Part shown: positions 1 to 9,531 of the stretch, in pieces
Numbering within the stretch: position 1 is the stretch's first letter
How the letters are laid out: each line of letters opens with the position of its first letter
DNA from: a virus
Direction: 5' to 3' (one strand)
Length of the DNA stretch: 64,000 bases
IMG/VR virus record: IMGVR_UViG_3300036766_002281
Coordinates: 1 to 64,000 of that record
The notes under the pieces: model-generated
The model's input: the letters and a program-made list of their open reading frames with translations, nothing else
Database searches by the model: none
What the model was told of the DNA's origin: nothing
Translations under genes and position numbers: made by a program

Positions 1-189
1 ATGCCAGAACAACTGAATGATTTTGAAAAGGGGTATTTCAAAAGAAATAAAACTGCTAGAGTTAAGATCTCATGGGATGGTGATTACGAAGAAATAAAGT
101 TACTCTCTAAAAGAGAGTATGTAAAGTTACTACAAAATCCAAATTGGAGCTATCTTACGCTTGACCTTCCAGAAAGGAAAAACGAGTAA
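1..189 (+). CDS. Hypothetical protein, probably 5'-truncated by the window edge
   Basis: ORF abuts the next gene (TAA immediately followed by ATG); no motif recognised. Confidence 0.5.
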   Translation: MPEQLNDFEKGYFKRNKTARVKISWDGDYEEIKLLSKREYVKLLQNPNWSYLTLDLPERKNE

Positions 190-660
190 ATGAGTAATAT
201 AATAGCAATCGATCCAGGCTTGTCAGGCGCGTTCGCTATCTTAGACAAAGATACGCAGGTTATTCTACACACCCAGCACATGCCAACTATCAGGGTCGGG
301 GATAGAACCGAGTTGGACGAATCGGCTATTGTTAGATTCTTTAAATTGTACAAACCTGAGCATGCCTTTATTGAATCAGTTCATGCAATTCCCATCTGGG
401 GTTCTACTGCTTCCTTCCAGTTAGGCATGACATACGGGTTTATAAGAGCAATCTTAGCATGCTTGGAAATTCCTTACACTAAAATCAAGCCGCAGGCATG
501 GAAGAAAGCACTCATGGAGGGCATGAGTAAAGACAAGGGGGCAAGTATTGTTCGTGTTAAACAATTGTATCCTAGTATTGTTCTTAATCTCAAAAAAGAT
601 CACAACATAGCTGATGCAATCTTAATTGGCCGCTACGGAATAGCCCTGAAGATTTTGTAA
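190..660 (+). CDS. ruvC: RuvC-like Holliday junction resolvase (phage type)
   Basis: IAIDPG, conserved E (IES), PQAWKK and C-terminal DHNIADAILIG match the RuvC acidic catalytic pattern. Confidence 0.85.
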   Translation: MSNIIAIDPGLSGAFAILDKDTQVILHTQHMPTIRVGDRTELDESAIVRFFKLYKPEHAFIESVHAIPIWGSTASFQLGMTYGFIRAILACLEIPYTKIKPQAWKKALMEGMSKDKGASIVRVKQLYPSIVLNLKKDHNIADAILIGRYGIALKIL

Positions 661-665
661 CGATT

Positions 666-1337
666 ATGGGTAAATTCATAGACCTGATAGGACAGATTTT
701 TGATCGATTAACTGTATTGTCCTTCAGTCATTATAATAAATGGGGAGCAGCGTGCTGGCTGTGCCGCTGTATCTGCGGCACAGAAGTTGTTGTCGCAGGG
801 TACAATCTTCGAGATGGAGCTACTAGATCTTGTGGATGTTTGAATCGAGAAATAGTAAAAGAGTTAGCAAAAGAAAAATTTACAACTCATGGATTATCAG
901 AACATCCACTTTACGATGTTTGGAGGATGATGAACTATCGATGTAACAATCCAGACAACAAAGCTTACCACTACTACGGTGGCCGAGCTGTTCCGATCGC
1001 TGTCTGCGATCGATGGCATCAAGACAATTCAGATGGGTTAGCTAACTTCATTACGGACATGTACGATACATACAAAGCAGGCTTGACCATCGAAAGAAAA
1101 GAAAACAACTCAGGTTATTGTAAATCAAACTGCCGCTGGGCCACAAGAAAAGAACAAAATAATAATCAAAGAAGCAATAAATTGATTGTCTACCAAGGAG
1201 AAACAATAACTTTATCTCAGTTAATAGACATAACAGGTACGACAATTCCTAGAAATGTTTTAAATGATAGAATCTTTGTATGGAAATGGCCTATCGAGAA
1301 AGCATTGTCAACACCAGTACAAAAACGAAAACAATAA
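666..1337 (+). CDS. HNH-type free-standing homing endonuclease-like protein
   Basis: DLIGQIFDRLTV...WLCRCICG...TRSCGC N-terminus, YYGGR, TIERKENNSGYCKSNCRWATRKEQNNN; paralogue of 6484..7158. Confidence 0.75.
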   Translation: MGKFIDLIGQIFDRLTVLSFSHYNKWGAACWLCRCICGTEVVVAGYNLRDGATRSCGCLNREIVKELAKEKFTTHGLSEHPLYDVWRMMNYRCNNPDNKAYHYYGGRAVPIAVCDRWHQDNSDGLANFITDMYDTYKAGLTIERKENNSGYCKSNCRWATRKEQNNNQRSNKLIVYQGETITLSQLIDITGTTIPRNVLNDRIFVWKWPIEKALSTPVQKRKQ

Positions 1338-1349
1338 TCCTAAATTGAG

Positions 1350-1976
1350 TTGACTTTGGCTGTAGTAAAATATAAGTCTATTGTTTGCAAAACACCGGGA
1401 TGTCTAAACGTATTTCTTTCAAGAGTGGATAATCAAAGTAAATCAGTTTATTGTCAGCAGTGTAAAAAGGATTATCCTCTAACTCTTTTAAAGCTGCAAA
1501 CAGAATACGATCTAAAGGTTCCTGAGCTTTTGATTGAGATTGCCAAAACTTTCAACTTCCATTCAGGAGAATTCATTGCTTCGGTTTTGAAGGTTCCTAG
1601 AAAAAAGTTTATTGAATGGCTGAAGCTTTACGTAGGTATCGAGAGCTGGAATGAATTCAAAAAAGAGTATTACTGCAAAAGCTCAACCTGCTATATCGTA
1701 GACACAGATTTCTTTGACATCACTGATAATAAGTATTACTTGATTCATGTTTTAAAAAAAGACCTCAACGTATGCTCATGTATCTATAAACTGTCTGACT
1801 ATGAAAAACAGCAGAGTAGGCCGCGAATCATTAAAAACTTAATGGAATCCAAAAAAGGAAAAACCATCAGTAAGGAATCTACTATCTTAATTCGAATACC
1901 AAACATTGAGACCCTAGAAAAGATTCAGATCAAAATAATAGCTTCAAAGATAGCAAAGGATAAAAATGAAGTATAA
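1350..1976 (+). CDS. Hypothetical Cys-rich protein
   Basis: 208-aa ORF with CxxxxC/CxxC pairs, operonic position. Confidence 0.6.
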   Translation: MTLAVVKYKSIVCKTPGCLNVFLSRVDNQSKSVYCQQCKKDYPLTLLKLQTEYDLKVPELLIEIAKTFNFHSGEFIASVLKVPRKKFIEWLKLYVGIESWNEFKKEYYCKSSTCYIVDTDFFDITDNKYYLIHVLKKDLNVCSCIYKLSDYEKQQSRPRIIKNLMESKKGKTISKESTILIRIPNIETLEKIQIKIIASKIAKDKNEV

Positions 1977-1998
1977 AATACAATAAAGGAATTTTCTA

Positions 1999-3069
1999 AT
2001 GGCTAAAATTGCAATCTGTTCAGACATCCATTTCCATTCTTATTCAAGCTATATAACAACTGAAACAGTATTTAATGTTTTCGACCAAATTCTTACCTAC
2101 TGTGACAGTAATGGAATAGAAGATCTTTATATTTTGGGGGATCTATTTCATGTTCGTGGAAAAATTCCAGTAGTTGTTTTTAATCGTGTTCATGCCTTAT
2201 TCAAATGTGCTACAGATCAAGGAATCAAATTACATTTGATATCAGGTAATCATGACCAATGCTTCAACGAAGATTTGCAGACAAGTTCTATTTGTTCTCT
2301 TGCTGAAATAGATGGAGTAGATATTTTAAATTTCGAATCGTGGGAACTTGGTAAATGTAAGTTTGTAGGCATTCCTTATGTGAATACGAACAAAGAGTTT
2401 ATGAGTTATTTGGATAAGTACAAAGAAAGTATGTCTTCGGACAAGATCAATATCTTGTTTACTCATGGTATGGTAAAAGGCGCCGTAGTAAGTTCTGGGT
2501 ACAGTTTCTCGCATAGTACTGGGGTTGAAGAAGGTTTAAGATTTTTTGATCTAGCCTTTGTAGGCCACATCCATGAGACCCAACGTCTGTTTGATGGTAA
2601 GGTAATTATTACTGGAGCTCCGTTATGCCACAGTAAAAAGGATATGAATGGAGTTCAAAGAGGATTTTGGGTTTTAGACACGAATACAATCGATCTTGCA
2701 TTTGTGCCTACTAAATATCCTAAGTTTATATCAAACGTACTACATTCTAGGGAGGAACTATTAAAGTTTTTGAAAGATTTAACTCCATTTAACGTACAGG
2801 ATTTTATATTCTTAACAGTTACAGAACAGATTGAAGATCTTGAAGCCATTTTAAAGCCCTACAATAAATACTATATTGAAGTGGACGTTACGGCACCAAT
2901 AAAAAGAAAAGAAGCGAGACTGGAAACATCTTTGGCCGATTCAGAAGAAGCTATAGTAGAAAAATATATTCAAAAGTTTGGATCAGATTATAATTCTGAT
3001 TTGTTGAAACATATTTCAACTGAATTATTTGACGATTACAGCAAAATGATTAAAGAAAAGGTGGCGTGA
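1999..3069 (+). CDS. sbcD: Mre11/SbcD-like recombination nuclease (T4 gp47-like)
   Basis: Metallophosphoesterase motifs SDIH, LGDLF, GNHD, FTH, GHIH; Rad50 partner downstream. Confidence 0.9.
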   Translation: MAKIAICSDIHFHSYSSYITTETVFNVFDQILTYCDSNGIEDLYILGDLFHVRGKIPVVVFNRVHALFKCATDQGIKLHLISGNHDQCFNEDLQTSSICSLAEIDGVDILNFESWELGKCKFVGIPYVNTNKEFMSYLDKYKESMSSDKINILFTHGMVKGAVVSSGYSFSHSTGVEEGLRFFDLAFVGHIHETQRLFDGKVIITGAPLCHSKKDMNGVQRGFWVLDTNTIDLAFVPTKYPKFISNVLHSREELLKFLKDLTPFNVQDFIFLTVTEQIEDLEAILKPYNKYYIEVDVTAPIKRKEARLETSLADSEEAIVEKYIQKFGSDYNSDLLKHISTELFDDYSKMIKEKVA

Positions 3070-3311
3070 AAGGACAATCAAAATACCATAGCATCGAAGA
3101 AACTGCAGTATCCTACATTTTTGGCTTTGTTTTGGCTATCTTATCTCAACTGATTATTTTTCCGTTTTACGGATTGAAAGTTTCTTTAAGCGATAATTTA
3201 CAAATTACTGGATGGTTTACTATTGTTAGTTTAGTTAGAACTTACATCGTTCGTCGTATATATAATTATAGACAAGTGAGGGCAGGCAATGTCAGAAATT
3301 CCAGTTCATGA
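3066..3311 (+). CDS. Small two-TM membrane protein
   Basis: Two hydrophobic segments and basic C-terminal RTYIVRRIYN. Confidence 0.65.
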   Translation: MKGQSKYHSIEETAVSYIFGFVLAILSQLIIFPFYGLKVSLSDNLQITGWFTIVSLVRTYIVRRIYNYRQVRAGNVRNSSS

Positions 3312-3588
3312 AGTAGTTGTTAAAGTTTCAACTGTTAACGCGGTAAAGATCTGTAAAGGTCTTTTTACTAAGAGGTCTGATATAATAATAGGTATAGTAA
3401 AAAAAGTTGATATGTATGCCTATACTATCACAGTAACAAGACTGGGCAAAGATTTTGCTTTTGAGAGGTTCGATCAGATACTGACTTCAGATTATCGTTT
3501 TAGTAATCCAATACAAGCTAAAGAAGCAGGTTCTTTTTTTGTTGATGAAGTTATTGGTTTAGAAAGAACAGTAGATGGGGCTGAATGA
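3289..3588 (+). CDS. Hypothetical protein
   Basis: ORF overlapping both neighbours in operon style. Confidence 0.55.
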   Translation: MSEIPVHEVVVKVSTVNAVKICKGLFTKRSDIIIGIVKKVDMYAYTITVTRLGKDFAFERFDQILTSDYRFSNPIQAKEAGSFFVDEVIGLERTVDGAE

Positions 3589-3869
3589 TGTGGGAATTCA
3601 AAAAAAGAATGTGGGCAAAGTTTGAGAAGGCCTTCGAAAAAGTGGATGAGGCATTCGCTGAGGCAGATTCAGATTCAGCTTTCGGAGGGTTTGAAGCTTG
3701 TCCTAAGTGTGGTCATTGCAATATAAGTATAAAATATTGTAATGATGAAACTCATAGTTCCCACATTGTTTGGACAAATATGTGTGCAGGACATTATCAA
3801 CATGAGGTGCTTCATATACGTTGTAACGTTTGCAGTTATGAATGGATAACGCCAACGAAAGATAAATAG
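3585..3869 (+). CDS. Small Zn-ribbon protein
   Basis: CPKC and CNVC pairs. Confidence 0.6.
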   Translation: MMWEFKKRMWAKFEKAFEKVDEAFAEADSDSAFGGFEACPKCGHCNISIKYCNDETHSSHIVWTNMCAGHYQHEVLHIRCNVCSYEWITPTKDK

Positions 3870-3873
3870 AAAC

Positions 3874-4151
3874 AACTGTCACAATCGAGGTGGGAACTCG
3901 ACAGACGATAAAAGAAAAGTGAGTCTGGATTGAATAAGGGTGAGTTGGTCCCCGAATAATCATCTGGCCAATAGGTCTTGACCTGAATTGACAGGACAGT
4001 GGTTGTAAAATGGTGCCGGAGTTCCGGTGATACCGCAACGAGCAAGCCAGATTTTGATCGTTGTTTGGGTGTGAAACAGAGGCATGGGACCTCGCCATGA
4101 ACAACCCCACTTAGTGACCAAATCAAATCCGTTCGAATCGGATTGGCAGTT
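3874..4151 (+). ncRNA. Large structured RNA with tRNA-like acceptor, D and T arms
   Basis: AACTGTCA (3874-81) pairs with TGGCAGTT (4144-51); T arm ATCCG-TTCGAAT-CGGAT (4127-43); D-like hairpin TCGAG-GTGGGAA-CTCGA (3885-3901); several internal helices; GC-richer than flanks; no + strand ORF in the track. Confidence 0.65.
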
Positions 4152-4159
4152 TATAACCC

Positions 4160-4205
4160 TTTGGTGAGAAACCCCACTGAGTTTTCAGCCTCAGTGGGCA
4201 GTTCA
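4160..4205 (+). mobile_element. Orphan IS200/IS605 (TnpB) right-end / omega-RNA 3' hairpin remnant
   Basis: CCCACTGAG/CTCAGTGGG hairpin then CAGTTCA; closely resembles the end of the TnpB element at 35981-36016. Confidence 0.6.
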
Positions 4206-4221
4206 AAGAAAAGGATATCAA

Positions 4222-6474
4222 ATGATTACTTTCGAAAGACTAAGATTACAAAATTTTCTTTCTTTTAAAGAAGCTTCTTTAAACTTGGAGGCACAGGGAA
4301 TTGTAGCCATCGAGGGAAAAAACAATTCCAATAAATGTTTTACTTCGAATGGATCTGGCAAATCTACTTTGCTAGAAGCATTCTGTTGGGTTCTTTGGGG
4401 GGCAACAATCAGGGGTTACAAAGCTGACGAAATTATAAATACTAAAATAGGAAAGAATTGTGCTGTTGAGATATCTTTCAAGGATAACGCCGAAGTAAGC
4501 TGGGAAATAAAACGTTATCGTAAACATTCTGAATTCGGAAATAAAGTCTTTCTCTATCGAGAAGGTGGGGAATGGACTCAGAATGTAGATGTCCAGGAAA
4601 AGATAGACGAAGTGTTGGGCATGGATTTCAAAACGTTTGTTAGCTCGTTTATTTTCTTTAAGAACGATTCTAAATCCTTTTCGAACAGCACAGATTCAGA
4701 GCAGAAGAAGATGCTTGAAAAATTATACGATCTTGAAAAGTATTCTACCTTATTAACGATCGTACGGGATAAGATGGCTAAAGTAGTTTCCAATTGCCAC
4801 GCTGTTTCACTGGACATAAATGTGAATGAGCTCAAATACAATATGCTTTTAACCGATATTGATAAGTTAGAAAAGGATCGAGAAAAATTTGAGATAGATA
4901 AATTGGCAAAAATACAAGAACTTACTTCGAAGTTATATTTTTTGGAGACAGCGAGGGATGAAGAAAAAATCAAATTCGAAGTTGATAAGAAAAATCGAAT
5001 TAGAACTGTTGAAGCTGAAGTTGTAAAGGCTAGGGATCTTCTAAAACTAGAAGAATTTGATTTTAACATAACTAAAAAGAAAGATTTAGAAGAACTAGCT
5101 AATCAGTTGAAGATGTTGGTATCTAAACAAGCTATAAATAGTGATAATATTCCTGCCACAACAAAATCGGAACATACCAAAGAGTTAGTTGAGATTGATA
5201 GAAAATTACAGGATATTCAGAATAAGGTTTTCTCTCCTGATCTACCTACTTTGCAAAAAGGGTTGGAAAGTAATCAAAAGTACTTGAATCAGCTTGATGT
5301 TTCAATTCTTCAATTTTCTTCACAGCTGTCTGATTTGAAAACTAAAAAAGAGCATTTCGAAAATGATTTAGGAATTGAGTGTCCTTATTGCCTACAACCG
5401 GTTTCTCCTGGGCATCAAGAAAAACATATTAACCAGCTTTTAGCGTCCCTACAAGAAAAAAAAGCTGAGTATGATAAGGTAGTAACTTCCAAACGAGAAG
5501 CTAATGATGCTATAATACAGGTTAAGCAGAATATAAGAGCTGTTGAATCTCAAATGGAGACAGATAGAAAAACAGAACGTTCTTTGTTCAGTCTTAAATC
5601 AGACCTATTAACTAAATTACAAGTTGCTGATCAGGAGTTGTTGAAAATAGAGCGTAGCATTGATCAAGTAAGATTAAAAATAGAACAAAGAAGTAATGGA
5701 GAGTACTCAAATAGAACTGCTGAAACGAACTTAGAATTATTAAAAAATAAGGTGTTGGACTTTCAGAAAGAACAGTATTCGAATACTTCAATTGTTGTTA
5801 GTATTGAAACAACCAGTATTCAGTTAAAGAATACAAATTCTAGTACTTATTTAAATGAAGATACGATTGAGTACAAAAGTCAAGAAGCTGTTGAACTGCA
5901 TGAGCATAATTCCAAATTGAAAGCGAAAGAAAAAGATCTCAAGGAAAAGTTAAGACATTATGAATTTTTCGACGCTGCTTTTTCCAGGGCAGGCATACCT
6001 AGTTTTTTACTTGATAACATTCTTCCCACGCTGAATAAGTATGCCCAGTATTATAGCTCTATTTTAACCGGCGGTTTGATGAAGATCGAATTCAATAATC
6101 AATCTGCTTTGAAGTCCACCAAAGAGATAAGAGAAAAATTCGAAGTCAAAGTTTACGCCAAAGATGGGTCAGAATCGTATAAAGGCGATTCTAGTGGTGA
6201 GAAACGAAGAGTGGACCTCATTGTACTGTTTGCTCTACAAAAGGCGGCTATGACACGAAATAAGAGTAAATTTAACGTATTATTCCTCGATGAAGTTTTT
6301 GATACGCTAGATAAGGCTGGGTTAGAGAACGTAGTCGCTTTGTTGGAAGAAGAGGTCCAGACCTTCCCATCTATTTTCTGCATCTCCCATGATGATTTTT
6401 TAAGCAGTTACTTCGATAGCGTAGTAACAGTGCAGAAAGACGCCGACGGATTTAGTTCTATTATAGGTTCTTAG
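4222..6474 (+). CDS. sbcC: Rad50/SbcC-like ATPase (T4 gp46-like)
   Basis: Walker A NGSGKST, long coiled coil with CPYC Zn hook, signature SSGEKRR, Walker B/D-loop LFLDEVFDTLD, ISH. Confidence 0.93.
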   Translation: MITFERLRLQNFLSFKEASLNLEAQGIVAIEGKNNSNKCFTSNGSGKSTLLEAFCWVLWGATIRGYKADEIINTKIGKNCAVEISFKDNAEVSWEIKRYRKHSEFGNKVFLYREGGEWTQNVDVQEKIDEVLGMDFKTFVSSFIFFKNDSKSFSNSTDSEQKKMLEKLYDLEKYSTLLTIVRDKMAKVVSNCHAVSLDINVNELKYNMLLTDIDKLEKDREKFEIDKLAKIQELTSKLYFLETARDEEKIKFEVDKKNRIRTVEAEVVKARDLLKLEEFDFNITKKKDLEELANQLKMLVSKQAINSDNIPATTKSEHTKELVEIDRKLQDIQNKVFSPDLPTLQKGLESNQKYLNQLDVSILQFSSQLSDLKTKKEHFENDLGIECPYCLQPVSPGHQEKHINQLLASLQEKKAEYDKVVTSKREANDAIIQVKQNIRAVESQMETDRKTERSLFSLKSDLLTKLQVADQELLKIERSIDQVRLKIEQRSNGEYSNRTAETNLELLKNKVLDFQKEQYSNTSIVVSIETTSIQLKNTNSSTYLNEDTIEYKSQEAVELHEHNSKLKAKEKDLKEKLRHYEFFDAAFSRAGIPSFLLDNILPTLNKYAQYYSSILTGGLMKIEFNNQSALKSTKEIREKFEVKVYAKDGSESYKGDSSGEKRRVDLIVLFALQKAAMTRNKSKFNVLFLDEVFDTLDKAGLENVVALLEEEVQTFPSIFCISHDDFLSSYFDSVVTVQKDADGFSSIIGS

Positions 6475-6483
6475 TTTAGTTAT

Positions 6484-7158
6484 ATGGACAAATTCATAGA
6501 CATGATAGGACAGATTTTTGATCGATTAACTGTATTGTCTTACCATCATACCGATAAATGGGGGCAAGCGTATTGGCTATGCCGCTGCCTCTGCGGCATA
6601 GAAGTTGTTGTCGCAGGAGGAGATCTTCGGCGCGGCCATTCTAGATCTTGTGGTTGTTTAAGCAGAGAACGTTCTACAACTCACGGATTATCAGATCATC
6701 CACTTTACGATGTTTGGTGGAATATGAACTATCGGTGTAACAATCCAAACGAAGATTCTTATCACAACTACGGTGGCCGATCTGTTCCGATCGCTGTCTG
6801 CGATCGTTGGCATCGTGACAATCTAGAAGGGTTAGCTAACTTCATCTTCGACATGTATCCAACAGATAGGTTTGGAAACCAATACAAAGCAGGCTTGTCC
6901 ATCGAAAGAACAGAAAACAATTTAGGCTACAACGCCGAAAACTGCACCTGGGCCACTTGGGTAGAACAAAACAATAATACAAGAAGTAATAAACTAGTTA
7001 TTTTACCAGATGGAGAAGCAATAACATTAGCTCAGTTATCAGAAAAAACTGGAATTAAATGGACTACTTTAGAATATAGAATCTTTGTACGAAAATGGCC
7101 TATCGAGAAAGCCTTGACAACTCCAGTCAGGAAATGCTCTTCTAAAAACATTTCTTGA
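6484..7158 (+). CDS. HNH-type free-standing homing endonuclease-like protein
   Basis: Same motifs as 666..1337, with long identical nucleotide blocks. Confidence 0.75.
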   Translation: MDKFIDMIGQIFDRLTVLSYHHTDKWGQAYWLCRCLCGIEVVVAGGDLRRGHSRSCGCLSRERSTTHGLSDHPLYDVWWNMNYRCNNPNEDSYHNYGGRSVPIAVCDRWHRDNLEGLANFIFDMYPTDRFGNQYKAGLSIERTENNLGYNAENCTWATWVEQNNNTRSNKLVILPDGEAITLAQLSEKTGIKWTTLEYRIFVRKWPIEKALTTPVRKCSSKNIS

Positions 7159-7252
7159 TCAGTTAATTTTCTAATTTTTGATGGTTTTTAAAACAGTATT
7201 CTTACTAAAATAAATCAAAATCTATTTTTATGTTCAGGATGAAGGAGATTCT

Positions 7253-7651
7253 ATGGGATTTTTTGTAGGGAAAGGCGTCAAACATTGCTTTAGTAAGAAA
7301 AGTGGAATTGTTATAGCCTGTTCAGTAGCTACCCCATCAAACGTTATTGTTCGATTTGGTTCTGAAGATGAATTAGTTAATGTTGCAGAATTACAAACTT
7401 CAGATCATTTGCAAAATCCTCCTGCTACAGATCTTGTTAATCGTTTGAATACTTTTCTTGAAGATTCAAGAGCCAACCAAGTGGCATCCAATCTTTGCGA
7501 TATTGATGGGGAAATAATTGGGATTGAAGAACTCCCTTATGCAAGCGATGTAGAAGTTTTGTATTCCGCTAATTCTAAGTATGGTACTAAAAAGATTTCA
7601 GCTGAATTTTTAAAAAATATTTTGATGGAAGTTGAAAATCAATTATCATAA
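7253..7651 (+). CDS. Hypothetical protein
   Basis: Strong SD (GAAGGAG) and 132-aa ORF. Confidence 0.65.
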   Translation: MGFFVGKGVKHCFSKKSGIVIACSVATPSNVIVRFGSEDELVNVAELQTSDHLQNPPATDLVNRLNTFLEDSRANQVASNLCDIDGEIIGIEELPYASDVEVLYSANSKYGTKKISAEFLKNILMEVENQLS

Positions 7652-7682
7652 GCATAGGTATAAAATAAATTGAGGAGAAACG

Positions 7683-9311
7683 ATGAAGTCATTTCTTGAC
7701 CTGGATTTGTCCCGAATTGAAGACAAAAAATTCAAATCCCTAAAAAAATCTAACATAGTGGTATCTGAGCCAACAGAAGATGTTGTAATAGATACTCCAG
7801 CGGACTTTGACCTTCAATCTGTTGCAGAGTCTTTAAAAGAGGCTTCTATTGAACATCCTTATGATAAAGGTTTAAAATATGCTAGAGCTCAGGTAGTTTA
7901 TCTGGCAAAACAGTTATACAATAGTAAAGTTGGTATTGAATCCATTCATCAGATTATAGCTACGAGTCAAGAACGATTTCCAAATTCTTCGATTGGAGAG
8001 TTTGGGGCTACGCAGTTGATGAAGCTTTCAAAATCCAATCAGATAGATCCAGTTTTTCTTTCCAAAGTAGCCCGCCTTATTACATCGCAAGAAGATTACG
8101 AAGTCAAATTAAAACAGCTTGCATACGATCAAATGGATGTAGCTTCAATCGAAGCAAGAAAATTTTTATGTATGAAAGTAAATGAGCATCTTGGAGAAGA
8201 CGTAGTCAATAATCTGACTTACGAAATGGAAGAATCCAGCCAAGATGTTTTGAATCAGCAGCCTGCTATCGAACGACTTATGGAAAACGATTCGTTTGTA
8301 GATACTTTTACCAAACTTTGTAAGGTGACAGAAAAAATTGGAGTAGATGTTGTCAACGATCCAAAAGTTTTTGACCTTATTGATTTTACAGGCTACAAAG
8401 GGGCTTACAAAAAGTTTGGGGTCCGAACTCCAGAATATCAGGTTCTTGATTCTCTGTCTGATGAGGATTGGAATTCTTATAGAAGCAAAATGGGATCTTC
8501 TAATTTGATTGTGGAATACAACGCAGATGATGATGTTTTTGAAGTTCATTCCATTTCTAGCTATAGAAAACGGGCAGAAGACCCAAAACCAGAAGAAGGA
8601 ACTACTACGTACAAGTACTCGCCAGAAATTAAAGCTCCAGCAAAAATGAAGAAAGATATTATTCATCCACTCGAAGGACAGGGAAAAGAGGCCTTGACTA
8701 AGATTTGGAATAGAACTGAAAAATCAAGGGAGCTGAAAGACAAAGCTGCTGAATCTCAAGCTCAGTTAACTAAGGATAATAATCTTCTTGCAAAAGAGAA
8801 AGAGGCAATTAGTGAAGATCTTGAAAATTATTTAAAGTTTGCAGACGCTGCTTTTTTGAAAATGGAATTGGCAATAGATGCAGCATACTCCTTGAAAACA
8901 CAAGAAGGAGTTATTCTTGCAGCTATACATGCTGAATCTAAAGATGTTCCTATCGATCCAAAAGAAAAAATTATTCCTGTAACAAGATCAGCAATTTTAG
9001 CTCACCTGGATAAAATGGGAGAGATATCGGAAGAAATGGTTAAACGGGCAGAAAAACAGCTTAATGAAATGAATTCAGCTGTGCGAACAGTCAAGAGCAT
9101 GACCAAGACTATTTACACATGGCCTCCAAGTCAGGAAGATATTAAAAAGATGGAAAAAGGCAGTTTTAAAACTGCTGGAGTTCTTGATAAATTCATTGAT
9201 TGGGCAAAAAAATCTGTAGCATCAATAAAAGGGTTTTTTACATCAACAAATAAGTTGGTTGATAGTTTTTTAAATGAGTACCAGAAATTACAGACTCTTT
9301 TAGAACAATAA
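7683..9311 (+). CDS. Hypothetical protein, possible internal head protein
   Basis: SD GAGGAG; 542 aa; RKRA and FKTA linker-like sites. Confidence 0.65.
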   Translation: MKSFLDLDLSRIEDKKFKSLKKSNIVVSEPTEDVVIDTPADFDLQSVAESLKEASIEHPYDKGLKYARAQVVYLAKQLYNSKVGIESIHQIIATSQERFPNSSIGEFGATQLMKLSKSNQIDPVFLSKVARLITSQEDYEVKLKQLAYDQMDVASIEARKFLCMKVNEHLGEDVVNNLTYEMEESSQDVLNQQPAIERLMENDSFVDTFTKLCKVTEKIGVDVVNDPKVFDLIDFTGYKGAYKKFGVRTPEYQVLDSLSDEDWNSYRSKMGSSNLIVEYNADDDVFEVHSISSYRKRAEDPKPEEGTTTYKYSPEIKAPAKMKKDIIHPLEGQGKEALTKIWNRTEKSRELKDKAAESQAQLTKDNNLLAKEKEAISEDLENYLKFADAAFLKMELAIDAAYSLKTQEGVILAAIHAESKDVPIDPKEKIIPVTRSAILAHLDKMGEISEEMVKRAEKQLNEMNSAVRTVKSMTKTIYTWPPSQEDIKKMEKGSFKTAGVLDKFIDWAKKSVASIKGFFTSTNKLVDSFLNEYQKLQTLLEQ

Positions 9312-9346
9312 CGAACAAACGATAGATCCTAAAAGGCTTCTATTAT

Positions 9347-9508
9347 ATGCCATATAGTTCTGGGGCTTTACATTATTCCTGCCGCTACTGCAGCACAGAA
9401 ATTCCCATTGACAAAAGAGAAACTCAAGTCTATTGTACCCACTGTAAAACAATTGTAATTTTAAACGAAAGTACCGTAAAAGAGTTGGAAATCATGTTCG
9501 CAGAATAA
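9347..9508 (+). CDS. Small Zn-ribbon protein (53 aa, not in ORF track)
   Basis: Manual translation MPYSSGALHYSCRYC...YCTHCKT... Confidence 0.5.
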   Translation: MPYSSGALHYSCRYCSTEIPIDKRETQVYCTHCKTIVILNESTVKELEIMFAE

Positions 9509-9531
9509 CCTTATCTGTACAAGGATTCCAA

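Noticed and set aside
3874-4151. Canonical tRNA, tmRNA, RNase P RNA, or group I intron/IStron
   Set aside because: There is no anticodon arm or CCA, no GGGG 5' end or G3.U70, no GAGGAAAGUCC, no recognisable P7 core, and it does not interrupt an ORF. Kept only as an unclassified ncRNA.
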